Positions 27,987 to 36,949 of a stretch of 64,000 nt of DNA are shown here, piece after piece. Origin of the DNA: Candidatus Latescibacterota bacterium. GTDB lineage: Bacteria > Latescibacterota > UBA2968 > GCA-2709665. Under the pieces are notes generated by a model. It ran no database searches. It was not told where the DNA came from and saw only the letters and a program-made list of their open reading frames with translations. A program made the position numbers and the translations under genes. The DNA is taken from positions 2,720,001 to 2,784,000 of the forward strand of contig OZ252100.1 in assembly GCA_965248435.1 (NCBI GenBank). The letters run 5' to 3'. The first letter of the stretch is position 1. Each line of letters starts with the position of its first letter.

Positions 27987-29411
27987 TTACCGAGCGTCTT
28001 CTTCGGGTGACGGCTGGGGGTGGGATCCGAGCGCTTCTCCTACCTCTTCCATAGCCAGTCCCCTTGAACCCTTCAGCAACACGAGATCGCCCGATTCAAG
28101 AAAGTTTCTTAAACCGGCGACGAGGTCTGTTTTAGAAGCAAACGCTCTGGACCGGTCCTTAGGGAGTCCACCTGAAAGGCCGCCCATAGCAACTTCGGAA
28201 GCCTGGTCTCCCAGGGCAAACAGCGCGTCCACGCCCAGGCCTGCTGCCGCTTGACCGATTTCTCGATGGGCTTCGGGAGCTCTCGGACCCAGTTCAAGCA
28301 TATCCCCAAGCACCGCCACGCGCCGACCCCCTTCCTTGACCGACATCCGGAGAAGCATCTCAAGAGCCGCACGCATAGAATCCGGATTCGCATTGTAGGA
28401 ATCATCCAAAAAGCGAATCCCCCCGGACTCCAAGACCTGGCTTCTGAGTTCATAAGGGCGAAAGGTGCCCAGCGCCGATGAGGAATCGGCGATGGGCACA
28501 TCGAGCGCCGCGCCCACGGCTGTAGCCGCCAGGGCATTGTAGACATTGTGCCGCCCCGGCACGGCCAGATGAAATGAATGGCCCTGTAGAGAGTAATGAC
28601 CGCAGCCCTCCTGATCCAAGATGAGTCCCTCCCCACGAAACTGACATATCTTTTCGATGCCAAAGCCAAGGAGTCTCCCCTTGATTGTTGCTCTCTCCCT
28701 GGACATTAACAGGTCATCGATATTTAAGATAGCCATCGAAGACTCATCTAGATACTCCAGGAGTTCCCCTTTGGCCTTAGCCACCCCCTCTACAGAGCCA
28801 AAGAACTCCAAATGCGCTGGTCCAATATTTGTGATGACACCGATCGTCGGATCCGCAATTTCGCACAGGTAAGTCAACTCGCCAAACTTGCTGATACCCA
28901 TCTCGATAACGGCGACTTCGTGTTCGCTTGAAAGCCTGAAGAGCGTTAGTGGAACACCGAGTGGGTTGTTCAGGTTTCCTTCGGTGCTGAGCACGCGATA
29001 TCGCGTTTTCAGCACCGCTGCCGTCATCTCCTTCGTCGTCGTCTTTCCGTTGCTTCCGGTAACCGCCACGACCGGCAGGTCAAATCTGCTTCGGTACGCT
29101 CGGGCCAGATGTCCCATTGCCAGGTCGGGAGCGTCCGTGATAACCAAAGTTCCATGCCGACCCGCCCCTGGCCCCTGCGATCGATACCACGCTCGAGAGA
29201 CAACTGCCGCGACCGCCCCCCGTCCAAATGCCTTTTCCACGAATTCGTGGCCGTCCGCGCGACTGCCTCCGAGGGCGAAGAAAATCTCCCCGGCGTTCAA
29301 GGTTCGTGTATCGATCGATCCACCGGTCGGATAGAGGCCAGATGGATCCAGATCTGTTTTGAGATCTCCCCCTACAGCCTCCACGACATCTACAAGCGTG
29401 AATCCTTCCAT
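27987..29411 (-). CDS. murF: UDP-MurNAc-tripeptide--D-Ala-D-Ala ligase
   Basis: IDTRT, VTGSNGKTTTKEM, GNLNN, DDSYNANPDS, LGDMLELG and KGSRG. Confidence 0.96.
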   Translation of the reverse strand: MEGFTLVDVVEAVGGDLKTDLDPSGLYPTGGSIDTRTLNAGEIFFALGGSRADGHEFVEKAFGRGAVAAVVSRAWYRSQGPGAGRHGTLVITDAPDLAMGHLARAYRSRFDLPVVAVTGSNGKTTTKEMTAAVLKTRYRVLSTEGNLNNPLGVPLTLFRLSSEHEVAVIEMGISKFGELTYLCEIADPTIGVITNIGPAHLEFFGSVEGVAKAKGELLEYLDESSMAILNIDDLLMSRERATIKGRLLGFGIEKICQFRGEGLILDQEGCGHYSLQGHSFHLAVPGRHNVYNALAATAVGAALDVPIADSSSALGTFRPYELRSQVLESGGIRFLDDSYNANPDSMRAALEMLLRMSVKEGGRRVAVLGDMLELGPRAPEAHREIGQAAAGLGVDALFALGDQASEVAMGGLSGGLPKDRSRAFASKTDLVAGLRNFLESGDLVLLKGSRGLAMEEVGEALGSHPQPSPEEDAR

Positions 29412-29468
29412 ATCTTGCTGCCGTTGTGGCCTCAGATGATCCCGGTCTTCGCCACGGCGCGCTCCAGT

Positions 29469-30926
29469 TTATGACAAATCATCCAGCACTTCCCTGGCGA
29501 TCTCACGGTCATCGAAATGAATTCGTTCCCGCCCTACCTCTTGATAGTCCTCGTGTCCCTTCCCGGCAATCAACACGACATCCCCTTCCTTCGCCTTTCT
29601 GATCGCGGCCTCGATCGCCAAACGTCGGTCCGGTTCGACCTCGTAGCGCGCCGACCCCAACCCGGGCAGGATGTTTTGGATGATTGCATCCGGATCCTCG
29701 GTCCTGGGGTTGTCTGAAGTCACGACCGTAAGATCGGCCAGTCTGCTCGAGACCTCGCCCATCTCCGAACGTTTACCCGGGTCCCGATCTCCGCCACAGC
29801 CAAAACACACAATCACTTTCGCACTTGTCAGCGACCGAGCTGCCTTGAGCGCGTGATTCAATGCTGCAGGAGTATGAGCGTAATCCACGATTACCCCGAA
29901 GGGATGGTCTCCTTCGATCGCTTCGAACCGGCCCGGTACTTGAACACGCCTGAGCGACTCTGTGATCAGATCGGAGGCGACTCCCGAAACGAACCCGGCG
30001 GCAACGGCCGCTGCCGCGTTCCAGAAGTTGAAGCGGCCCCGAAGGGAAAGGTCCAGATCAAGCACCCCGTCGGGTGTCTGAACGCTCAGCTTCACGCCTT
30101 TCCAATCGGCCCGTCCCTCAAGGATGCGTACTGCAGCACCTTCGGCCCGACCATACCCCACGACCTCTCCCGAACATCTGGCGAGAAGCGCGTGAGTTAC
30201 AGGATCGTCTAAGTTGACAATTGCGTTGGCTTGTGAATCCAGGTTTTCAAAGAGCAGGGCCTTCGCGGCCAGGTACGCTTCAGATGATTCGTGAAAATCG
30301 AGATGATCTCGACTGAAGTTTGTAAAAACAGCTGTTTCGAATCGGATGCCGGCGACGCGATCCAGCGCCAATCCGTGTGAGGTGACCTCCATCACAACAG
30401 ATTTGCATCCGGAACCTCTCATCTCAAGGAGCAGGCTGTGGAGCTCGTTCGCCTCGGGTGTCGAGTTCGTCGACCTCTCGCTACGGTTTCCGAGCTTGTA
30501 CTCAATCGTACCGATCAAACCGGGGAGCAAACCGGCCGACTCAAAGATTGCGTGAATCAGGGCGGCGGTTGTGGTCTTACCGTTTGTGCCGGTAACGCCC
30601 ACGACCCGAAGCGTCTTCCAGGGTTCCCCTGTAAAGCGTCCCGAAATCTCAGGAAGTGCGCGGCGCGCTGACTCGACCTGCACGACCGCCGCCGAACCCG
30701 CAGGAACATCCTCCTCTACCGCAACGGCCACTGCCCCAGCTGCGACTGCCTGAGATGCGAACGCGTGCCGGTCGACTTCTTGACCCCCTCGGATCGCAAC
30801 AAACAGATCGCCAGGCCGAACCTTCCTGGAGTCGGTAGCAAGGCCGGTGACTTCAGGGTTGCCGCCCCTGATCTTTCTGGCCCCCGGGAGCCCAACGATC
30901 AGATCTTCCAGCCGCATAGTCCCCAT
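29469..30926 (-). CDS. murE: UDP-MurNAc-dipeptide--meso-DAP ligase
   Basis: GVTGTNGKTT, MEVTSH, DHLDFH, VDYAHTP, CGGDRD, DNPR (meso-DAP specificity motif) and AGKGHE. Confidence 0.96.
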   Translation of the reverse strand: MGTMRLEDLIVGLPGARKIRGGNPEVTGLATDSRKVRPGDLFVAIRGGQEVDRHAFASQAVAAGAVAVAVEEDVPAGSAAVVQVESARRALPEISGRFTGEPWKTLRVVGVTGTNGKTTTAALIHAIFESAGLLPGLIGTIEYKLGNRSERSTNSTPEANELHSLLLEMRGSGCKSVVMEVTSHGLALDRVAGIRFETAVFTNFSRDHLDFHESSEAYLAAKALLFENLDSQANAIVNLDDPVTHALLARCSGEVVGYGRAEGAAVRILEGRADWKGVKLSVQTPDGVLDLDLSLRGRFNFWNAAAAVAAGFVSGVASDLITESLRRVQVPGRFEAIEGDHPFGVIVDYAHTPAALNHALKAARSLTSAKVIVCFGCGGDRDPGKRSEMGEVSSRLADLTVVTSDNPRTEDPDAIIQNILPGLGSARYEVEPDRRLAIEAAIRKAKEGDVVLIAGKGHEDYQEVGRERIHFDDREIAREVLDDLS

Positions 30927-30973
30927 CCTCTTCCCATTCCCATCCGCCGTTCAAGGTCCAAAGCATCTGCAGC

Positions 30974-33061
30974 CTACCCCTCTCTCCTTCCACAGGTCAC
31001 CTCGCAGAAGCTCCCTGGAGACACACTCGTACCTGCACGAGGGGCCTGTTGCACCACCCAACCGCTGCCTGAGGCCTTGACGCGGAGACCGGCAGACGTT
31101 AGCTGATAGATCGCCTGCCTCAGCGGAATGCCGGTGACATCTGGCGTACGCACCGCTCGGCCTGACTGAAAGGGTCCTGGCGAGTCAAGGTAGACAAGGG
31201 CTTCCTGAGAATCGAGGCCGTGTCCAACCCTCTGTGCGACAACCCGGTTTCCTCTACCCAGCGCCCGGGATTCGATTCCATATCGGGCCAGAACGCGTGA
31301 CGCCGTCTTTCGAGTGAGTCCGGCAACCTCCGGACGCGGCCGCTTCACTCCAGGGTCGGGAGACAGGCTCAGGGAGGCCGCTCGGTGGCGCAATCCCGTA
31401 TTTCGAAGACCCAGTATGCGCCGCATGATGCGACTGAAGACCGGGGCGGCTACCTGACTGCCCCAGTGGATTTCCTTTGGACTGTCCACGATCACCACGC
31501 AGAGGAGCTCCGGCCGATCGGCAGGCATGAATCCGATAAATGATGAGACGAACTGGTCTGGATCGTAGCCGGCTTCATTCTCGAGTGCGCGTTGCGCTGT
31601 GCCGGTCTTGCCGGCAACCCGATAACCCGGAACCTGTGCCTGGGAACCCGTCCCGCGTAGAACGGTCCCCTCCAGGAAGGTGGTGATGAGACGAGCCGCC
31701 CGGGTCGAAATGACCTGCCTGACAACCTCGGGCGCTCCTGAAAGCAGAGTAGAGCCGCTCGCTTGTGCCCTCAGCATGATTCTGGGAGCCATCAACCTCC
31801 CCTCGTTGGCAATCGCGCCGTATGCCGCAGCCATCTGAAGCGCGGTTACCCCGATCTCCTGCCCTATCGAAATCGTTTCGAGTGATCGCTTGGACCACAA
31901 GGACGGGTGCTTCGCCTCCCCCGCCACCTCACCCACCAGGTCAGACCCGGTTCTCGTCCCGTAGCCGAACAGCCTCACATATCGGTTCAGACCGGCGGGC
32001 CCCAATCTTCTGGCCACCTTGGCCGTGCCGATATTGCTTGAAACTTCAAGAATCTCAGCCACGCTCAGCCATCCGTGTGGCCGGTGGTCTCGAATCTTTC
32101 CTCCGTGGACATCCAGCACACCATCCTCGCAGAAGATCTTTTCCTCAGGTCCAATTTTGCCCTCATTCAGGGCCCCGGCAATCGCAACGATTTTGAACGT
32201 CGAGCCGGGCTCGTAAATATCTGTAACCGCGCGATTCCGTCGCAGGGCAGGATCGTAACGGCTGAAGTGGTTCGGGTCATAAAGAGGAACGTTGGCCAGG
32301 GCCAGAATTTCACCCGTGAGTGGATTTGTGACTATTGCGATACCGCTGCGGGCGCGAAACCGACTGACGGCCGATTTCAGTTCCTCCTCGACGATACACT
32401 GAAAATCTAGATCGATCGTCAGAACCAGATCACCACCGTCTTCGGCTGTCCGGCGTACAGCGCCCAGAGCACTCAGGTTCTTTCCGCGAGCGTCCACGCG
32501 AAGAACGGTTTCTCCGGGCTTTCCCCTGAGCAAAGGATCAAAAGCAAGTTCGAGCCCTTCGAGGCCTGCGTTGTCTACACTCGTATGGCCGAGCAACTGC
32601 CCGGCAACCTTGCCCATCGGGTACTTTCGTCGCATCTCGATCACGCGGCCGACACCCTCTGGAAGCTGATCGATGGCGGGACCATCCACCACCTTTCGGG
32701 CCAGCCAGACGAAGGACCGTTTTGAATTAAGACGTTCAAAGGTCGCTGGGCCGCTTTTCCCGGAATCCCGAACAAAGCTCCTGGCGATATCTCGAAGGTG
32801 TTTAGAGTCCGATACATTGTTCGCAAAGAACGATTGAGACTCCACGTTCGTAGAAAGAATCTTGCCGTTTCGATCCAGAATGTGTCCTCGGTTTGCGTGA
32901 ATCAACGTCCGTTCTTCCTGTTGATTACGCGCGAGCACGGCATACTCATCGGCCGCCATCACCTGCAGCGATACCAGCCTGTAAATGAGAACCAGAGTCA
33001 GCCCCAATCCGATGACCGAGATCGCGTTCAGCCGTCGGATATTCCTGGCCTCAATCCGCAT
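30974..33061 (-). CDS. ftsI: Class B penicillin-binding protein FtsI with PASTA domains
   Basis: RGHILDRNG, YEPGSTFK (SxxK), SSN (SxN), GKTGT and C-terminal PASTA-like PDVTGIPL; ATG 33061 overlaps the ftsL end. Confidence 0.95.
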   Translation of the reverse strand: MRIEARNIRRLNAISVIGLGLTLVLIYRLVSLQVMAADEYAVLARNQQEERTLIHANRGHILDRNGKILSTNVESQSFFANNVSDSKHLRDIARSFVRDSGKSGPATFERLNSKRSFVWLARKVVDGPAIDQLPEGVGRVIEMRRKYPMGKVAGQLLGHTSVDNAGLEGLELAFDPLLRGKPGETVLRVDARGKNLSALGAVRRTAEDGGDLVLTIDLDFQCIVEEELKSAVSRFRARSGIAIVTNPLTGEILALANVPLYDPNHFSRYDPALRRNRAVTDIYEPGSTFKIVAIAGALNEGKIGPEEKIFCEDGVLDVHGGKIRDHRPHGWLSVAEILEVSSNIGTAKVARRLGPAGLNRYVRLFGYGTRTGSDLVGEVAGEAKHPSLWSKRSLETISIGQEIGVTALQMAAAYGAIANEGRLMAPRIMLRAQASGSTLLSGAPEVVRQVISTRAARLITTFLEGTVLRGTGSQAQVPGYRVAGKTGTAQRALENEAGYDPDQFVSSFIGFMPADRPELLCVVIVDSPKEIHWGSQVAAPVFSRIMRRILGLRNTGLRHRAASLSLSPDPGVKRPRPEVAGLTRKTASRVLARYGIESRALGRGNRVVAQRVGHGLDSQEALVYLDSPGPFQSGRAVRTPDVTGIPLRQAIYQLTSAGLRVKASGSGWVVQQAPRAGTSVSPGSFCEVTCGRREG

Positions 33062-33386
33062 GTTCGCCCTCGACCTTGGAAACGACCGCCTCCGACCGCC
33101 CCAGATAGAGATTTCGCGGCGCCCCTGACGGATAAACCATCCCGAGTTCCCTGGACGCAATGCTGCGAATCCGGGGACTTAACGTCAGACTCGCGATTTC
33201 TGCCTTCAAGTGTTCTTGCTGTTCCATCAGTGCCTCACGTTCCGCGTTGAGCCTTGCCAAATCCTCCTTCTGGCGTAAGGTTTCAACGTGGCCCCAAAGG
33301 TAAACCAGCGACCCCAGGACGCTGACAACGACCAGAAATAAGTGAGACGTGTACGCCTTGGCAGCAGGTTCAGTTTTTCGACGCAT
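33051..33386 (-). CDS. ftsL: Cell division protein FtsL-like
   Basis: Short N-tail, one TM, coiled coil and RIRSIASRELGM; lies between rsmH and ftsI. Confidence 0.85.
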   Translation of the reverse strand: MRRKTEPAAKAYTSHLFLVVVSVLGSLVYLWGHVETLRQKEDLARLNAEREALMEQQEHLKAEIASLTLSPRIRSIASRELGMVYPSGAPRNLYLGRSEAVVSKVEGEHAD

Positions 33387-33405
33387 TTTTGATCCGATGA
33401 CAGGT

Positions 33406-34353
33406 CTATGAATCCGCGAGCCGTTCTCCGACTCTGAGCGTCGCGCTCCTGGATCGGGGATTCTCGGCCCTTTCGTCGGCGCCGGCTCGAATTCCTCTGG
33501 CGGTCAAAATCTTGAGTTTCTTCTTGTGGCCACAGGCACAGATAGGCAGGTCCGGGGGGCAGACACAGCCGCGGACCGCCTTGCGAAACGAGGCCTTGAC
33601 GATCCGGTCCTCCACCGAGTGATACGAAAGAACGCCGATACGACCCTCCGGCTCTAGCAGGGCGATGGCATCGGTGAGAGACGCGTCGAGGCGATCCACC
33701 TCCTGATTCACCTCGATCCTCACGGCCTGAAACACTCTGGCAAGGCTCTTTTGCACACGCCGTCCACGCGTTTGCTCTGCGACCAGTTCAGCCAACTCGG
33801 ACGTTCGCTCGAGGGCGCTCTGCTGCCTGTGACGGCAGATCGACCGTGCAATTCGGGCTGCGGCCCGTTCTTCCCCGAAAGTTTTGAAAATTTGGGTCAA
33901 GGCCGCCTGCGAGTACGAATTGACAACTTCGGCAGCCGAGCGCTGTGCATCGGGACCCATTCTCATGTCCAGAGGTCCGTCCTTTTGATAGCTGAACCCC
34001 CGCTCTGAAACATCAATCTGATGCGAGGAAGGTCCAAGATCGAAAACAATTCCGGCCATTCGGTCGACGCCCGCTCTAGTAATAATGTCTCTCAGGTCCC
34101 AGAAGACGCCCTGTACACATTCTACTCGAGTCTCGAAGGGACTGAGGCGATCCGATGCCGCACGAATCGCCTGCGGATCCCGGTCGACACCGATGAGTCT
34201 GCCTTCGACATTCATTCGGTCCAATAGCAACTCGGCGTGGCCGCCACCCCCGACGGTTGCATCGACGTAAGTACCCCGGGGACGGGTGACGACCCAGTCC
34301 GCCGTCTCGGGTCCGAGGACCGGGGTGTGATACGCCCGAGGCTCTTGAGCCAT
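33406..34353 (-). CDS. rsmH: 16S rRNA m4C1402 methyltransferase RsmH (MraW)
   Basis: HTPVL, YVDATVGGGGHA, LDMRM, FQAVRIEVN, SYHSVEDRIVK and NPRSRSATLR. Confidence 0.97.
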   Translation of the reverse strand: MAQEPRAYHTPVLGPETADWVVTRPRGTYVDATVGGGGHAELLLDRMNVEGRLIGVDRDPQAIRAASDRLSPFETRVECVQGVFWDLRDIITRAGVDRMAGIVFDLGPSSHQIDVSERGFSYQKDGPLDMRMGPDAQRSAAEVVNSYSQAALTQIFKTFGEERAAARIARSICRHRQQSALERTSELAELVAEQTRGRRVQKSLARVFQAVRIEVNQEVDRLDASLTDAIALLEPEGRIGVLSYHSVEDRIVKASFRKAVRGCVCPPDLPICACGHKKKLKILTARGIRAGADERAENPRSRSATLRVGERLADS

Positions 34354-34368
34354 ATTGTTCGTTCTGAA

Positions 34369-34824
34369 TTAGAGCAGATCGATCTCTTCCGCAATCTCTT
34401 CGAGCTTCTGATCGGCCTCGTCCATGTAACCGGCGTAGCGCTTCGAGTTCCACACTTCGAATCTATCCAGGGCCCCGATGATGGTAGCCCGGTCGGTGAT
34501 CTCAACCATGTCGAGATACTTTCTGGGGATGAGGATTCTTCCTTGCCGGTCTACTCTGACATCTGTCGCGCGGCCTGCGAGAGCTCGGATGAGCTGCCGG
34601 CTCTGGCGCTGACCACCGTCCAGGCTCTGGAGCCGCCGCATCACGCGCTTCCAACCGTCAGGATCGTAGACGGCGAGACACCCATCAAACCAGCGGGCGA
34701 CCACGAAGGTGGATACGCCCATCGGAAGAGACCTTCGGAAGGCAGATGGGACGATCAAGCGCCCCTTAGGGTCCACTGGAACGTCCTCGTACTCGCCTAT
34801 GAACTGGGGAAATTCTTCGGCCAT
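34369..34824 (-). CDS. mraZ: Transcriptional regulator MraZ
   Basis: Duplicated DPKGRL / DRQGRI AbrB-like motifs and DRFEVW; first gene of the dcw cluster. Confidence 0.96.
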   Translation of the reverse strand: MAEEFPQFIGEYEDVPVDPKGRLIVPSAFRRSLPMGVSTFVVARWFDGCLAVYDPDGWKRVMRRLQSLDGGQRQSRQLIRALAGRATDVRVDRQGRILIPRKYLDMVEITDRATIIGALDRFEVWNSKRYAGYMDEADQKLEEIAEEIDLL

Positions 34825-34873
34825 CTGGACGCCTGAAGGGGTTTAAACCGCGTTCTACTAAAATGGGCACATG

Positions 34874-34940
34874 CTCCACTGTCCACCACTTTCCACCGCT
34901 TTGCACCACCAAACTTAATATGATGAAAATCAAAAGTCAA
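34874..34940 (-). promoter_or_regulatory. dcw promoter with four MraZ-type binding repeats
   Basis: Minus strand: TTGACT(34940-34935)-N17-TAAGTT(34917-34912), then GTGGTG, GCGGTG, GTGGTG and GTGGAG at 10-bp period (34910-34874), like known MraZ boxes. Confidence 0.8.
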
Positions 34941-35207
34941 GCATTTTCTACGTCCGATTTTTTCCTTATCTCTAACAAAAACAATATGGTGCACAAAAGG
35001 GCACCACCGGTTTCAGGCCTCGAAATGGGAAGTTCGAAATGGATCTGAAATCGTCCTCGACCGCCACTCCGACCCACTTTCCGCCGCACAGGGGCAGATC
35101 CTCCTGGAAGTTTCAAGGGCTTTAATCCCGGCAGAAAAACGAGTATTTTCTTCTTTATTGTGAGCCAGGTCACAGAACTGTTAGGCGAAACGAAACATTC
35201 TATTCGG

Positions 35208-35341
35208 TGTAACGTAATTTTACAGATCGCGCCGGTGCCTTGGCCCTGTATCGCCGGACTGTTGTGAGCGTTAGGGCCATAAATTTCAATAAGTTATCCG
35301 TATAAATCCGAGACGCTTCTCTATCTGGCGCCCTATTTGCT
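35208..35341 (+). promoter_or_regulatory. Sigma54 promoter with upstream palindrome and IHF-like site
   Basis: TGGCGC-CCTAT-TTGCT at 35326-35341; TTTCAATAAGTTA at about 35284-35296; TGTAA-N7-TTACA at 35208-35224. Confidence 0.65.
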
Positions 35342-35441
35342 TCTCTTCCATCGGGTGTCCCCTCGGAGAACCCCATCTTCTCCCCCGCTCGACTTTCATC
35401 GCGTCGGACCCCGGCACCACGCGTCTGAGGTCCATATTGCC

Positions 35442-36773
35442 ATGAATCCATCCATAGATCGACTGAGCCCGGCAGGCCTTTCCGTTACTGAGAAGTCTGA
35501 AGCGGCATCACTCAGCCGGATCCTCGTCGTCGACAAACCCAGGTTTGCGCAGCTTATCCAACGGATGTTGGCTGGGCAATTCGAAGTTGTGAGTGCCGAA
35601 GACCCACTGAAATCTCTCAAGGCCATCCAAGCGCACGAGCCGGATGTCATCGTCGCGGACCTCCAATCCGGAAACGGACTGACGCTGGCCGAACTCTTGG
35701 ACATGAATGTGGCGGTTCCGCACACGCCCTTCATCCTGATGTGCATCCAGCCTCAGGCAGACTTGGTTGATCGGGCGAGAAAAGTAGGTGTGGATGCCCT
35801 GGTCGTTAAACCTTTTCCCCCGAGTTCGCTCATCGAACGAATCGGGGCTGTCATGAAGGCTCGCCCCAGGTCTGCCCATGTCAGAGACGAACACGACAAG
35901 CGCGGAGTCGCGGACCTCATAAAAGCACATCCCAGAACGTTCGAAGGTCTTGGGCCTTTGCCGGACACGCACGTCAAGATCATGCGACTGGAAAAATCTG
36001 AAGGGTCCAAAAGGGATGACATCGCAGAACAGATCGAGATGGATCCCGACTTCGCCAATACCCTCCTCCAACTCGCCAACGCCTTCACCGATCTCTTTCC
36101 ACGAAAAGTTGAATCTCTGAGGCAGGCCGTCTCATTTGGCGGATTCCAGACGATTGCCAATCAAGCCATGGCGCTCCACATCTTCAGACTGCTCGGAGAA
36201 TACAAATCAACCTCGAAGCTCGATCTGGAGGCCTTCTGGAAACATTCAGTCGGAACGGGGTTCATAGCCAGATCGATCGGACAAAGGTTGAAGCTCGATA
36301 TAGAGCTCTGTTTTATGGCTGGCTTGCTTCACGATGCCGGAAAATTGATCCTGGACCGATTCTTTTCCGATTTTTTCAGCCACACCCTTGATTTGGTTCA
36401 TCAGAAGTCTCTCCCTTCCATTCGGGTTGAGGACGAGGTTCTGGGCGTCAATCACGCCCACGTCGGCGGATATCTTGCTGTGAGCTGGAACCTCCCGGAC
36501 GCGGTCACGGAAGCAATCGTATGTCATCACGACCCTTCGTCGGCCAGGACCTTTCCGAAAATCGCGAGCGTAATGCACATAGCCAATTCGATCTGCAGGG
36601 CTCTCGCGCACGGAAATTCTGGTGAGGTCCGCCACCGGAGCCCGGACGACCCCGCGCTTAATCGATCGCTACTGAAGCTCGGCGTCGGTCCGAACGTGCT
36701 CGAAAAGTTCACTTCAATGGCAGAAGAACAGCTGGAAAGGGCGGACCTCTACGAGGTGGCGCTTTACTGCTGA
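35442..36773 (+). CDS. Response regulator receiver + HDOD domain protein
   Basis: REC domain (ILVVD, PDVIVADL, VKPF); HDOD domain (DPDFANTLLQLAN, FWKHS, AGLLHDAGKL, HAHVGGYLAVSWNLP, HHDP); ATG 35442 with GAGG RBS. Confidence 0.9.
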   Translation: MNPSIDRLSPAGLSVTEKSEAASLSRILVVDKPRFAQLIQRMLAGQFEVVSAEDPLKSLKAIQAHEPDVIVADLQSGNGLTLAELLDMNVAVPHTPFILMCIQPQADLVDRARKVGVDALVVKPFPPSSLIERIGAVMKARPRSAHVRDEHDKRGVADLIKAHPRTFEGLGPLPDTHVKIMRLEKSEGSKRDDIAEQIEMDPDFANTLLQLANAFTDLFPRKVESLRQAVSFGGFQTIANQAMALHIFRLLGEYKSTSKLDLEAFWKHSVGTGFIARSIGQRLKLDIELCFMAGLLHDAGKLILDRFFSDFFSHTLDLVHQKSLPSIRVEDEVLGVNHAHVGGYLAVSWNLPDAVTEAIVCHHDPSSARTFPKIASVMHIANSICRALAHGNSGEVRHRSPDDPALNRSLLKLGVGPNVLEKFTSMAEEQLERADLYEVALYC

Positions 36774-36796
36774 ACCTTTCCAACATTCTTTGCACG

Positions 36797-36841
36797 AAAA
36801 AAGGGGACACGACATTCGTGTCCCCTTTCTCTTTGTTTTTT
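36797..36841. terminator. Bidirectional intrinsic terminator
   Basis: A6-GGGGACACGA-cat-TCGTGTCCCC followed by T-rich tail, between convergent genes. Confidence 0.85.
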
Positions 36842-36924
36842 GCCGACTGTTAGAGTGAATCGATCCTTCAGGTCCAGCTCATGTTTCACATTAATCTCTT
36901 CAGCGCCCTCTGCGGTGATGCTTT

Positions 36925-36940
36925 CAATCCGCAATCCGCA
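36925..36940. repeat. 7-bp CAATCCG tandem repeat
   Basis: CAATCCGCAATCCGCA just past the parC stop; same unit at 48056-48088. Confidence 0.55.
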
Positions 36941-36949
36941 GTTACCTGG

